Positions 35,560-49,589 of a DNA stretch of 64,000 bases are shown here, piece after piece; the first letter of the stretch is position 1; each line of letters starts with the position of its first letter. The notes beneath the pieces are model-generated. The model was not told the DNA's origin. It saw only the letters and a list, made by a program, of their open reading frames with translations, and did not search any database. The DNA comes from Ostrea edulis (Eukaryota). Made by a program: the position numbers and the translations under genes. The stretch lies in the NCBI RefSeq assembly GCF_947568905.1, contig NC_079170.1:84196001-84260000 (forward strand). Reading direction: 5' to 3'.

Positions 35560-37700
35560 CTCTCAAGAACCATTGAGCCAATTTCAATCAAACTAGACAC
35601 AATTCATCAGTGGGCGACGGAGATTCACGGTCATACACACAAAAGGTTATGCTTCCTCCTAAGGGGAGATAATTACATATTTAAAAAAGACGAAAATTGG
35701 TTGAGGTCATTTGAACATCTCAAGAGCCACTAGGCCAGAAAAGTTCAAATTGATATTAAGGTTTCCTGACATGTGTGAATTTAAGTTTGTTTATATCATG
35801 GCCCCCAGTGGTAGGATGGAGCTACAAAAAGGGATCAAAACTTTACATAGGAATATATCGGAATAATTGTTGAAAAAACTTACAGCAGGACCTTGAATGT
35901 TCATATCAATATACAACCAGGTAGTGCAGTTTATTCAAATCATGGCGCCCGTGTGTAGGATGGGGCCAAAATAAGAGAACATTTTGAAAGAGGATATATA
36001 GGATAAATCTTTTAAAATACTCAGGTCATGTAGATTCGAATGTGTTAAAATTGTGGTCCCCATGGGCAGGTCCTGGTCACATTACGATGTCAAAGTTTTA
36101 CATGGGAATATATAGGACAAATCTACTCAATAACAACAGGGCCATAGATACTCATATCAATATGCAAACACTCCCATGTAGTGCAGATTGAAATATATAT
36201 GAATCACGACCATTGGGAGTAGGTATACGGTGGGTATGGTGGGACTACAATAGAGTATCAAAGTTTTATATATGTGAATATATAGCGAATTATCTTTAAA
36301 ATATTCTCGAGAACAGCAGGCCCATAATTTAGTCATATCTAAAATACACAAAGATCGTCCAGTAGTGCAAATGCAAGTGTGTACAATTCAGGGGCCCCAG
36401 AGGTAGGGTAGAGCCATAATATGAGATCGGAGTTTGATATGGAAATATGCAGGGAATAAATGAAAGCAAATTTTTGTCAAGATAAGCAGGACCACACTAA
36501 ATGCAAATGTTCCTAAGCTTTGTGGATTCAGGTTTTATTATGCCTATGACTGAAGACACAGGGGGGCATATTGTTTTTGTTCTATTTATCTGAAACTTCA
36601 CCTTTGCTCGTAATTTCTGAATGGTTGATGATAGAATTTTCATATTACAAATGCGTATTCCTTGCGAAAAGACCTTTATTGTGGTACAAAAGATTTTGAT
36701 CTTGTGAACTTGACCTTTGAATTTGGTCTATACATTAAAAAACTATATTAAGTGGGGATTAATTGACACCGTTTTCTTTGAATCATTGATATTGATAAAT
36801 TGTAAGTCACATAGTGCGACACTACCATACAGGAGAGATGTTCGTATTCATCACCATGTTATTTGCATAATTATAATTACACTTCGTGAAAAGATATCTT
36901 GCCATGCTTGGCAGTTAAACAACAAAGTTACTAATTTTTAGGCAATTCTATATTTTGCAGTTGGTCAGCTTCCGTCATCGTGTGTCGTTTGTCGTCTGTT
37001 AACAATTGAACATTTTTAATTTTCTCTTGATAATTGTCATTCTAATTTTTTTCAAATTTGGTATGAACCATCTTTGCGACAAGAAGACATACATTGTAAA
37101 TTTCAGGACTCCTTACCCCCTGGGGTTTTATTGGGGGAGCAAAAACTGTCAAAATGAGCAATTTCCAAACATCTTCTCGACAACTGAACATCTGTAAGAG
37201 AAACTTAAAGTATAGTGATGTAGAGTGTGAAAGCCTCTAACAAAATTTCAATTTTCATTATCTCCGGGGTAGTAGCAGTTACTCCAGGGAGATACCAAAC
37301 TTGGTATAAAGTGTCATTTGAACAGGGGTCATAAGTTGTAAATTTCAGTATTCCCGCACCCCTGGGCCTTATAGGCAGGGCAAAAACTCCCCAAAATTCA
37401 CCAATTAAAAACAAATATTCCCAATAACCGAACATCTGTAAGAAAAATTAAATTCATGGTGATATAGAGCAGGAAGACCTCTACCAGATTGTAAATTTCA
37501 TGATCCCCGAAGTAGAGGCACTGATTGGTATAAACAATGTCTATGTGTAAAAAATTTAGATAAAATTTTCTTTGATATTTAGAAGGAGTAGGTAGTCCTT
37601 TACCAAACATGAAAATTTCATGATTCCAGGGGTTCTGGGGTTGGTCCAAGGTGGGACCAAATTCATCATAGTGATGATTGTCGTTATCATTTCAAAGACT
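35560..37700. repeat. Cluster of Helentron/HINE-associated ~160-170-bp degenerate tandem repeats and related non-autonomous elements
   Basis: Recurring CATGGCCCC..GTAGG.TGGGGCCA.AAT and ATTGTAAATTTCA.GA.CCC units, plus a CCGTCATCGTGTGTCGTTTGTCGTCTG microsatellite-like terminus at ~36970. Confidence 0.6.
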
Positions 37701-40700
37701 TCTTTAAGTTTACTGATACGGTATAAGAAGTCAGTGCATATTTAGGAGAAGCAGAAAAGGATGTACTAAAATTGCGAATTTTGCAACACCAGGGTCTTGG
37801 CTCTAGAACAGATTCCAATTAGCCATGTCGTTTTAATGTGGTATATACATGAATTAATTAAAGTCTTTCATTGGTATGGGCACTTTTGGGTGCATGCAAG
37901 TTTTAAGAACACCTTTTGTTTTTATACTGTTGCTGAACATTAGAATATAGCTTAGGTGTGCAGGACAGGGAAGTTGTTTCTAGTGATACTTTTAACTTTA
38001 GGCGATAAGGCCTGTATGCCTCTTCTTTTTTTAAATGAAGACATTTCAATTCAAACACACTTATGCACGATATCAAATGTATTCAGAAGAATCAGTTGAA
38101 CTTCATTATATAGAATATCATGGAGTGGAAGTGAGTTGGATGTCCCAGCTACATTTTCGTTATGTATCTTTTCCCAAATAGCTCAGATATCCAAAAACAA
38201 AAACATTTGGCCCCATCAACTTTCAAATAACGAAGTTTAATTGTAATTGATTAGTCCCTATGACCCATCACATAATTCAAGAGGTAATATATATTTTATT
38301 AGGAAATAGAATTTAGACATGCAAATAAAATTTAGAAAGCTATAATCATTATGATTTTTTTTTTTTTTGGTTTCCAAATATTCACTTTGAGGATATCGGT
38401 GGTATACATACAGTGCACATTCCTAATTGGATTCATCAGTTTGTAACTTTGTATTAAGGATCTACCTGCAAAGCCTGTAATATCGTGTCTGGGATACTCT
38501 AAAGTGCACATTACATATTAAAGTTATAGATATAACTTCTAAGAACTCATTTATCTTTTAAAAGATGTATATAAATATCTACTGGTTTTAGTTTTTACAT
38601 GTACATATCTTGTAAGTGGAGGAATCTTACATGTTTTCTTCAAAAAGTTCACTTCTAATGCAAAATATTTAGTCTTTCCTTTTAAATGACATTGTAGCAA
38701 CATGTATATATTTAGTGCATTGTATTTAAATCTTGGGAAGATATTTGTTTGTTGTTGTTTGGGGGTTATTTGGGGGGGTGGGGGGTCAATTTCTGGCATC
38801 TTCAGTATAATCAATATTGATTGTGTTCATACTGAAGAATGAAACGTGTGTACTAATTAAAAAATCGTAGAATGTTATACACTGTACACGTGTGTACTAA
38901 TTAAAAATTCATAGAATGTTATACACGTAGGTACTAAAATAATAATATTTTTATTGCACACAAAGTGAATATTAATTTATTTTGATTTTGGAATTGCAAA
39001 TAAAAAATGTTTACAAAATTATCAAATAGTTATCTAACATTAGATGCCTTTCTGATCACCTAAAGTAAATCGGAACTCTTAGTGTTATTTAAGAAGAAAA
39101 CATGTTGGGGATTATTTAGGGGAGTGGGAGCATTTGCCTGAAGACTACCTGTGCATGACTGGTCTTTGTAGATAGAGTGCGGATATGTTACAAGATGAGA
39201 AAAATACCCATCCACTCCCACCCCGATGATCAGTCTTGGACACGTTTTCATCTATTGACAAGAAAGCGGTGATGAATGAATACTTATAAAATATTATGTG
39301 GGTAGTTTGGTTTAAAACAATTATGAAGGCGTATGTCATTACGTTATAAGGAAATGTGCTAAAGACTATGGTTTATGGGCTCTATTTTGTTACATGACAT
39401 ACATCTGCGGTTCTAGAGATTTGTTTTCAAAGAATTCTTATTTGCACTCTATATTATTTATAGGAATAACGAAATTCATTAGTGTTCATTTTTTGGTTTC
39501 TTGTAAAGCTGCACATTCTTCTTGTACATGTAGCCTTGATCTTAACCTCCGGGAAAAAACATCAAAGAAAATTTTAAAAAAGGTTCTTAATTAATGCAGG
39601 ATACCTTCATTGTTAAAATTTAAAAAAAAACAACAAAAAAACAAAGAGTATCTATAATGACTACACCTTGTCTTCAGAGAATATGGTGTGAAATAACTTG
39701 GATCTATATATTAGTACGAGGGCATGTTCATTACATGGACACTCGGTCATACTCTTGTCATCTATAAAAAGATTTTTTTCTGTATATTTCAATAAATACA
39801 TTGGTTATCTATTTTCTGTATTCTAGTGCAGTTCATGGTGTAAATAAAGAATTGTATATCATAAAAAAGGACGCCTGATGAATAATGTACAGTTAAAGTG
39901 TGTCATTGGGCGGGTCAGCAAGATTCCGGCTCCCCAAGAGCAAAGGGAGGAAAATAACCTTGCTTTAGGGGAACTGAAATCTTGCCAACTCTCAGTATAC
40001 ATGTACTTTAATCGTTTTACTATACCGATACTAACATTAAAACCAAAATAAAAGTTGAAATTGATACAACCTTTGCAACCGGGACCCAATCACTATGATT
40101 GTTAATTGTCGTTTGCTGCCGTGAACTGGTTCCCCGTACATGTATAAAGAACAAACGAAATCATTTAAAGCTTTAAGTGGGTATTCCTCACAGCTGACAA
40201 TTGTGCATCTAACTGTAATTTAGTTTCCGTGACTTTCGTAGCTCATGCATATCATTCCACATGGATTAATTTGTTCATATGGATGGGGTTTTTCAATATA
40301 TTTTGGGTGATTTATTATTATTTCCACACGGGTCTAGGGTAGAAAATTTAGTTTTCCCTTGACCTGGAGTGCGAGAGTATTAGCTTTTTTTTTTTTTGGT
40401 CAGTGAATCCGTGGGCCGATTTATCTGCGAACTTCTTGTGCGTACTGAACCCTCCATCCAGAAGGCGTCGACTGGCTTTAGGTAATAAGGTGTCGTACAC
40501 CGGACCTTTGGAAACTTGATAGACGGGGATACCTATCTTACAGATCAGCCGAGGCAATACGTTACCGGCTATAGACACGCCGATCACACACCTGCAATTC
40601 CATTTACTGCGATCGCTTACACCTTTTTACTCGAGAGTCGCACTATCTTCAGTCTGATCAATGTTGATCATCACTTCATGGGAATACAATGGTTACATTG

Positions 40701-41284
40701 TACTAACGCATTTCGATATTTTATCTAGGAATTCGGTTTTTAATTCATTAAGTTGACCTGTTGTTTTCTGACTTTCGTTTGGTTTCTTTGCGTTTCACCC
40801 AAGTTCATGCGTTTTAGTAATAGACGCGTGTACTCGCGAGGGACATTAATGGTAAGACCATCATAAACAAGTTATGTTTCGGGATTAAACAATACTACGA
40901 GTCGCAGTTGACACCATTTTAAAATCTACGATGCATATCATACCCATATTATACCCAGGCGGGGTATTTTATTGCGTTACATTTTTAGACTTTCGGCATC
41001 CATAGCGGCCGTCCTCGAGTGGACCTACAGTCAGCGAGGAAGACGACAAAATGTATTAAAGACAGCTTCTCTTTAAATATGTTAATGTAGGAAATACAAA
41101 ATACTATCGAAAGAAATATTTCACTAAAGTAGAATTATAAAATCAGTGTCATATATGTAGCAATATTCTAGATATGATGCGTATCAGCAACGAAATATCG
41201 TAATATAATAAGAATCCCATGCATTTAATTGCTCTCCGAATAATTATCGATTACTAAGTTTGTGTATCAGTTGAATTCATGTGT

Positions 41285-41626
41285 AAAACTTATACGGTAC
41301 CAATTTTGATGCACCAGATGCGCATTTCGACAAATAATGTCTCTTCAGTGATGCTCAACCGAAATGTTTGAAATCCGAAATAACTATGAAGCTTTAGAGC
41401 TAATTATAGCCAAAAACAGCGTGCCAAAAAAGTGGAGCCAAATTCGTCCAAGGGTAAGAGCTATGCATGAGGGAGATAATCCTTAATTTTGAAATGAATT
41501 TCTAAATTTTACAACAGCAATTAAATATACATCCGTATTTTCAAGCTAGTAACGAAGTACTTAGCTACTGGGCTGTAGAGACCCTCGGGGACTAACAGTC
41601 CACCAGTAGAGGCCTCGACCCAGGGG
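41285..41626 (-). mobile_element. ~340-bp short interspersed element with a hammerhead-like core near its 3' end (core 41308-41348)
   Basis: Second copy at 5133-5256. Minus strand reads CACUGAAGAGACAUUAUUUGUCGAAAUGCGCAUCUGGUGCAUC. Confidence 0.65.
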
Positions 41627-42906
41627 TAATGCATCTACGTATTGGAAACTTAATGAGCACATTCATTTATACGTTGATGAGAATGTGCCATACTCCCGCA
41701 TGCAAACAAGTTGTTTCACATCTTACTAAGTACGGGAGTTCTCCAAAGGGAAATAACTTGGACGTATTGAAACGAATTTGGTATTATATCTGTGTGATAA
41801 ATGTATTCCTATATATTCCTTTGTTCGAGCTAAAGTTGTGAATCCGGAAGTGGATTGAAAATTACCGATACATTGACCAATCAAATAGCTAGATTTTAGC
41901 CAATCATAATGCTCAGTCACAATCCAATCAGCTTGAAGCTGTAGGGTATAAATACTGCAAAACAACGCCAGTCTACACACATCTGGACCGAGAAGAACAT
42001 CGATTAAAAGAGAAAGTTTAACAACGGTAAGGTATACAAAGTCAGTAATAATATAACTTTATTAAATACTTTACATTGCTCACCTTTACCCTTACTTCCG
42101 CTACATTATTCTCATTAATACAGACTGAGTCAAATTGAGCAAAGACGAACATTGAGCAATATTGAGTGATTGAAGTGAGTAATTTTGAGTTGATCTAATT
42201 TTGCTATAATTGTACGTGATTTCATTGTTCTTTGTAAAATAGCTAATCATTTGAACTGATCATTGTCTCAAATCATTTTACTGCCAATCACTGTTCAGTA
42301 TCTCGGAATAAAGCCGAGAGGACCCACATCGCTAATCAATATTTTGAGCAAGTAGCTCAGTCTAAATTGAGAAACCACGGTTGCACGCTACAGTATCTCG
42401 AAACATGCGTATTAAAGTATGACTTTACCGTTAAGGTGTACAAAATACGTACGTATCGTCCATATGGTCCGATCTTCAAAAAATACAATGATTTCTCTCA
42501 TCTTCTGCGACCTGATAGGTTTGACGTTTGCGTCCAGTTGTTTTCTTGTTCATTTTGATCAGCGTCTGGAACATTTTCGTGCAATGCTACTCACATCGTG
42601 TGAAAATTTGCAAGCGTAACACGGGTAGTGAATCTGCATACATCAGGCCGACGAATGGTTGGGGAATTTTGCAAGGATTTGAAAAAAAACTTTTTTATAT
42701 TTAAAACAAAAACATGCTGTGTCCGTCAGTATATATACTGGTTTAATATATACATGTACAGAAATTACATCCCAAGGAAACTGTAAATCTGGACAATCCT
42801 CCAAAATTAGTCCCCCACGAATTTGATTCCACAGTTTTTTAAAAGTAAACTGAAGTTCAGAGCTTGCGTGAAACAATTTGGTTACCAAATGCAAAATAAC
42901 ATGATA

Positions 42907-43133
42907 TACCGTATAGCGGGTTATTTTCGAGCGTGATAAATTTGGCTTATTTTGGCGATTAGACAGCTTTCCAACAAAATTTCACTCGCCAAATATTCAC
43001 TCAATTGCGACTTCAGTATTTTCGAGAGAGGTAACTTTTCTCTGTCCGCCAAGATTTATTCCGCTAAAATTATTAGCATACCTTTGAGCCACCAAATTTT
43101 AGACCCGGGAAAGAAAACCGCTATAAGATAGTA
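42907..43133. mobile_element. MITE-like element with TACCGTATAGCGG-type TIRs
   Basis: Left TACCGTATAGCGGGTTATTTTC and right GAAAGAAAACCGCTATAAGATAGTA. Confidence 0.55.
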
Positions 43134-43199
43134 GCATGCAGTGGTTATAGCTCCTTTGCCGAACGCTGAGAACTATCTAGGTCCCGTGTCGTGGTAGGA

Positions 43200-43828
43200 T
43201 TTGGCAAGATAAAGATCCCTTACTGCAACGACCCTAAGACAGGCTACTGACAAACACGTTGATGATGCAGGGGTTTCAACAATCTCGTTTAAAGTCAGCA
43301 TTTCGCAAAGTATATGGTCGTTATAACTATATAGTTTGCCAATACAACTTATCATTGGGTCAAATGCTGTCTGACTTGTTTCATACCGATTGTAAGGCCG
43401 TACTTGGCACACTGATTTTGACTACGGATAACTCCGTTTACCTGATCAAGATATAGAGCTCACGTCGGGTGTGACCTGTCGACAGGGGATGCTCACTCTA
43501 GGTACCTGATCCCATCGCTGGTACAGTGTACTATATAGCAGGGAATAAATTCGCGGAGTTAATTTTTGCTATATTTGCTGAAACAAAATTACCGCGAATT
43601 TGATATTCAGTGAATTAATCTTTCATATTGATACGAAATCGGGTTCAGAATATTAATATTTGTTTTTCTGCGAATTAAACCGACCTAGATGAAAAAAATC
43701 GCGATTTTCCCGACCGCGTTATTATCCTGGTATACATTATATCCAAAGGCCTTGTTTGTCTAACTCTCTATTTTGTATCCTTGTAGGAGTTATGATATTG
43801 ATCACTGTTCGTTATCTTTGCCTTTCAT
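43200..43828 (+). mobile_element. Naiad-type 3' fragment split by a MITE (~43529-43739)
   Basis: MMQGFQQSRLKSAFRKVYGRY..FHTDC, then a 3' UTR interrupted by TACTATATAGCAGGGA...TCCTGGTATACATTA. Confidence 0.8.
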
Positions 43829-43844
43829 GCAGTTGATGATATAT

Positions 43845-44330
43845 AAATATTGCAGGTAGTTGAGCATGTGAGGTTAACATTGAAAATTTTCACCCCGAGA
43901 AAACCATTGACAACCGAGGTGTTTTCACCCCGAGAAAACCATTGACAATGGTTTTCTTGCAGTGAAAATTTTCAATGTTACCCTCAACTACATGCAATAT
44001 TTGTTTTATCATACTGGGTGTTATATGAACAACAAAGCAGGAGGGCTTACGTCTGTTGACATTTGATCAATCACTGTCATGATTATATCGATGCTTGTAT
44101 TTTTATTACAAACGTTCAAACGCCGTCGTCTAACAATCTAACTGTACGCGCATAATTTGACGCATGTTATAATTTTCATAATATCACCAGTTGTCAAATA
44201 CTGTTACCCGTTGTTAGATACTATCACCCTGGAGCGCGTGCTTTCTGTTTTCAGAGGGTAAATGGGTTTTTTTTTTCAAATGCTTCTCGACCGATCAGAT
44301 TCGAGTATTTTGTATGAAAGTGTACTACTG
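43845..44330. mobile_element. Non-autonomous element with a ~155-bp terminal palindrome (Crypton-like style)
   Basis: AAATATTGCAGGTAGTTGAG..GTTAACATTGAAAATTTTCAC pairs with GTGAAAATTTTCAATGTTACCCTCAACTACATGCAATATTT (43845-44002). Family is inferred. Confidence 0.55.
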
Positions 44331-45987
44331 GATATTATTACATGAATATACAAAAAGATGTTCATTTGTTTCAGACATTTGCTGACAACAAAAATCAATA
44401 ATGGGAACTTTGCAATGAAAGGGGAATATATTCAAATACCACATTCTTCCAAATCTGCATCATATACTGAGCAAAGATACAAACGGAAACGAAGAAAATA
44501 GCAATTTATGAAAATATAGCAACATTTCTATCTTTGCAAATGTCACCTGTCATTAGGTCTAATGCTGTCTAGCGTTTTCCATGCCAATTTTTGTTAAGCC
44601 GTTTTTGTATCCCGATATTGACTACGGATTAATTCATTTGCCTTATCGGGATACAGTGTTCACCAGCTGTAAGTGATGTACCACAAAGTTAGATCTACGT
44701 TTGTTGCTCAAGTCCGATAAAAGAAGGAGAATCACATTACGTGTGTGGTATCAGCATTAGCGCCACGTTAATAATGAGACCGGAAACCGAACATAAAACA
44801 CTAAGAGATAAAGTCATAAACCGACAATAAGTTCCGGAGTAAGCAATGTCTGGCGGTAGGGTTAAGGGTTCTAAAACTAGCCTACGCTTCCCGCGACATG
44901 TGACCTTCATTTTTAAGGTATCATTTTTCAATGCCGAGTGTTTCATGCAGGAGCGAACAGTGCCTATTGTTTCGTGTTAGTTTGACATGGCCATGGAACA
45001 AGGAGGATTTGAATTAAAACAAACCTTCTTACAACTGAAGTACTACGATAAAAAAAATCCTTTCATAGATTACTGAAATTAGCATTGCCTATGGCTACTT
45101 TCGTACGAATTGACAATCCTTTTGCATGTCGATTTAACAGTAGTTTCAGCTGCCTTAAACACTTCTGGTCGACCTCCCCAATTATAGGTTAATTTGCTTT
45201 GATAAATGTTAACTATGGACATGGAGTTTAAATTTAGTGTGAAAGATACGGACAGTGACATAATATATCACACTTCACTACACAAGAATCACTTAATCTT
45301 CCTCCTTCGTAAAAAAAAAAAAGATACAGAGTTTGGGAATTTTTCACAACATAGACATATTCATTGAAATGTTCAGTCCAGTTAGTGTAAGAGATACGAT
45401 TCTGATACAGGACCAATGACAACAGAAGTATGAATGGGGCACAATTCAATATATCAAAATACAGTGGACGTGGAGTTCATTTGATAACGATCACAACACT
45501 GCATACGACATGGAGTTTTTCAGAAAATAATGTACCAATCACAACCAGGTGTGACAACAAAACAACGCTGTTTGCCTAACAGTAAGGTACATGATGCTAA
45601 TGCTTCATCTGCAACATCATCGTATCTGGATCAGTGACAATCTCACTCTTGGGCTAGTTCAACTGGGAAGTTAGAGGTACGAAAGTCATTACCAGAAATT
45701 AACATTATGAATAAGATAGGTACCGTATACGTTTTACAGAATATTCTACATTGCTTGTTGGGTGCAAAACCACAGAAGAAATTCATTTCAAATAGAGAAG
45801 ATGGTACGACGAATGACAAGTATTTAGGCATACTTACCAGAGGAATATACGCTAGTGATCATCAGAGCTTCGGACTATTATGGTTATCTGGTTACCCAAC
45901 TTGAACCTGCGCAATATATTTATTATAAAAGTGAAGATAACTTCACACGCATTGCTCAATCTGGTTCTCTTGTATCCTATAAAGAAT

Positions 45988-46188
45988 ACAAAATTAAGAG
46001 TAAGACAAATCCGGACCTCTGTACAGAGACGTGATCAGGTGCCTGGGTGGAGTAAGTATTTCCTGTTGACCGGTCACATCTGCCGTGAACTCTTGATCTT
46101 GATCAGGTAAACAGAGTAATCCGTAATCAAAGAGTGTAAAGAACGTCCTAACAATTGGTATGAAACACGTCAGACAATATTCGACCTA
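45988..46188 (-). mobile_element. Diverged Naiad-type 3' fragment (similar relics at ~44552-44660 and ~47229-47335)
   Basis: GATCAGGTGCCT..GGAGTAAG..CCTGTTGACCGGTCACA..TCAGGTAAAC.GAG motifs. Confidence 0.75.
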
Positions 46189-46460
46189 CCTGTAATGACG
46201 GGTTTTATAATTACAATTCAACTTTATACGGTCAATAATTGAGAGAGAATGTAAACATGCAATAACACCAAAGGATCTAAGACTTCTCAACATCATATTC
46301 CCGCCATGAGAGCCTTACAAAATACTTTCAATTCATGACTCCTAAAGTACTCTAATTATAAAAAATACTCTATTGGATGAAATGTGAAATCTTCATAAAA
46401 AGAATATTGATATGAATTTATGGAACTTTATGTTGCGAGACTGTCAAGGACTAGGGGGAG

Positions 46461-47573
46461 TAGGGGTGTATACCGTTAAGGATGAAACAATACGATATCC
46501 TACTTCTCAAGCGATACGATACTTCTTTACGATACTTTGATCTATAATCAAGAGATAAATCATGCAATAGATAACATACTTCCCGTTTTAACCCTTTTTT
46601 TAAAATAAGAAACAAAGAATTAGAAACAAATAACAGTTAGTCACAAATGGTGAAAAAAAAATAGATAACAATGTTTATAATTTAGTGTGGATTTTATTTA
46701 TTTCACCCTTATTAGCTGAAAAATATTGATGGGGTTCGAATAAATTTCGGGTAGATTGCTTCTTTTGAATTGATTGATCGTTTGCTTCTCTTGATTTTGA
46801 GTTCATCAAATTGCATTTGCTGTACATGAGCATCAGGCATAAAATCACATGTCAAGTCTGCATTTTGAAACCGTGTGATTAGTTGAAAAGATGAACATTA
46901 TATTTCATTCTTTACCTTTTGATCAGTTTTTAAAGAATCAGTAATGACAGTAGAATAAACTCATGTTTTCGTGTTTCTTTTTCACCCTTTCACCTCACGC
47001 GATTTCGTTACAGTTGATTTGTTTACGGTGATACAGTGACACTAATAGACGAAGATACGGGAAAAGCTGATTAATTAATCGCTTCTGTTTTAGCATTCCA
47101 GTATCTAATATAAATGTTCTAAATTAAAGGTTTTAACAAAAAAATAATACTAAATTGACGTAGATTTTATTGAAAATCATATTTTTCAAGTATATATTTA
47201 ATCATTGAAATGTCAAGCAGGGTTATCGTAAGGTGAAGTTAAGGAAGAGTGATCAATCTCATAGCTTCTATAAGCAATACAAAATAGAGAGTTGGGCAAA
47301 CACGGACCCCTGGATATGCCAGTGATTAGGAGGAGTGATCTGCATTTCGTAGATTAGCATAACCTTAAAAGTATGTTTGTAGTTTTCATTGAATCAACTC
47401 GAATATTCAATACAAATGAAAGGAATGGATTAAAACTTTGAGGGATGACTGTATATTTAATGATATATGAATACCAATATCGATACCGGTATGAAATGAA
47501 ACGGCATAGTACCGGTAATTTTGAAACAAATCCTCGGTACGATATTGATACCAAGTACCAGTTTCCAGCCCTA
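46461..47573. mobile_element. Putative non-autonomous hAT-type element (~1.1 kb)
   Basis: Ends TAGGGGTG and CAGCCCTA, subterminal CGATAC/GGTAC repeats at both ends, flanking 8-mers AGGGGGAG and ACAGGGAG (6/8 match). Confidence 0.45.
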
Positions 47574-47574
47574 A

Positions 47575-48370
47575 CAGGGAGTGGAGGGGGCTTGAGATGA
47601 TAAAGGTATGTAATTTACAAAAAAATTGATAAATGTGTAAAAATCCAATCAGGAAGTTCTCTAGGTACTGGCCTTGTAATTCCTGTACTTTTTAGAATAT
47701 TTGATTGATCTGTTTTCGTACAATGCTCAATTTTGCACTTTTTTAGGAATTAAAAGATTGATTATTTTCGTCACCTTCGCTTTTTTCATTTACGTCTGTT
47801 TGGATACATTTAAATGGAAAGGGAACTACACAAACCTCTTTTTGTGAAGGACAGGTTTTATCGTTCGACAATACGTCTTAAATTGAGATTTGTTTTACTT
47901 GAGGCACATCTATATAACAAACTTTTTACATCTGTACAGCACTTAAGGTAAAGGTGATTGAAGCTAAACACATTTCATAATGCAGGTGATAGTGTGTGCA
48001 TACGCATGTGTTCGTCAACATAGCGACTATTCTTAATTAAGGTATAAAGAACAGATGATAAAACAATTAACGTTCTAAATTTTCAAATTGACATACATTC
48101 CCAGAAATACAATCACTAAGACTAATATCAGTAAAATACATTATCTTAGCGTGTATATGAGAGATTTAGAAGGTTGGTGGATATATCAGATTTAGAAGGT
48201 TAGTGCATATATCAAAAAATTTAAAAGGTTATTGAGCATATCAGGTTTAGAAGGTTAGTGTTTATATCAGGTTTAGAAAGTTAGTATATATGTTAGATTT
48301 AGAAGCTTAGTGCATATATCAGATATGCAGAAGATTAGTGTGTACATTAGATATTTAGGTGTCATTTAAA
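47575..48370 (+). repeat. ~800-bp dispersed repeat, copy A, ending in 28-bp minisatellite units (copy B at ~59815-60530)
   Basis: Collinear blocks CAGGGAGTGGAG, AAATCCAATCAGGAAGTTC.CTAGGTACTGGCCTTGT, AATGGAAAGGGAACTACAC.AACCTCTTTTTGTGA.GGACAGG and ACATACATT.CCAGAAATACAAT. Confidence 0.85.
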
Positions 48371-49589
48371 TTGAATATGAAACAAACTGAAAATTCGATG
48401 GAAAAAAGCACACAAAATTCCAAGAGATATGTTGAAACAAAGCATTGCTATTACATAAAACTTTACTCAATCTGAAAAAAAACCCACATTGATTTTACAG
48501 AAAAGTGCGCGATTGATAATAATGGTTGCAGGTGTACAAATGCTATTCTTGCGATCTTTGATAAAAATGCATGCAAATGTATGCAAGCAGAATTAATCTT
48601 CTAAAACAGCAGGATGGAGTTCCATAACTTAAGAATGAGTGGACGAGTGAACATATATGAAAGTTTCTGTGGCAGTCGTGTAAATCAATCGATGCTACAG
48701 AAATTCTTATGACGTCAGCGAGTCGCAGTAAACACAATGAAATAAAACTCATTATTATAATATTCATAAAAAGATATTTTAATAAAAGTTTCAAAATTTG
48801 AAATACTTTTAGACTCTAAAAGTTTATCTCTAAACATTTAACATTTATCTCTAAATGCACATCGAAAGATGTCAAATTAAAAAACAATATAACGGATTTC
48901 GAAATGAATATGCGTCAAGACGAAAAATTAAAGGGGCATTAACTTTCATTTAGTCACCAAAACTCGAATTCAATGGAAATTGTTTTTTTTTTTAATGAAA
49001 TGTATATACTTCAGTAAGAACACCGGTATTTAATGATTTCAAGACCTTTTTTACCTCAAAACAGGCACATGAATTTGTGATTTCGTGATTGAATAATTAC
49101 TGTCTTGCAAGACAATAATTCTTCCTTATATATTTCTTTACACTAAAAGCGGTTATAAAACGTATTTTTATTAGGTTTCTCATGTTTTTGTACCAATTGT
49201 TTTTATTAGTTATCAATATATATTCCTATGCCATTGAGATATTTTGAGAGAAAAAAACTTTCAAAACTAATGCCTCTTTCATTTTTAAGCAAAACTATTT
49301 CCTATAGTTTCAGAATTATACTTTATGTTTCTTTCTTATTTCAAAGAAAACGAAATACTATAATTTCATCAACAGTTTTTCTAACAATCGCTTATAATCT
49401 AATGAAATCAGTGTGTTTACTGTTTATTCAAAGCTGTTAACTTACCACTGTTTTTGCCGTTATCGCTGCGCTTAATAATCGAAAATACCGCTAAAATGTT
49501 TCTATCACGTGGTTTTCTTGATTCGTTCACATATCGTTTTTTTAGGAACAGCAAATATACCTTAATTCGAAACTCTTCCTGCTATAGTG

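Noticed and set aside
40348-40728. GC-richer patch with short ORFs on both strands
   Set aside because: No recognisable motif or splice structure. It may be an old element fragment or regulatory DNA but cannot be called.
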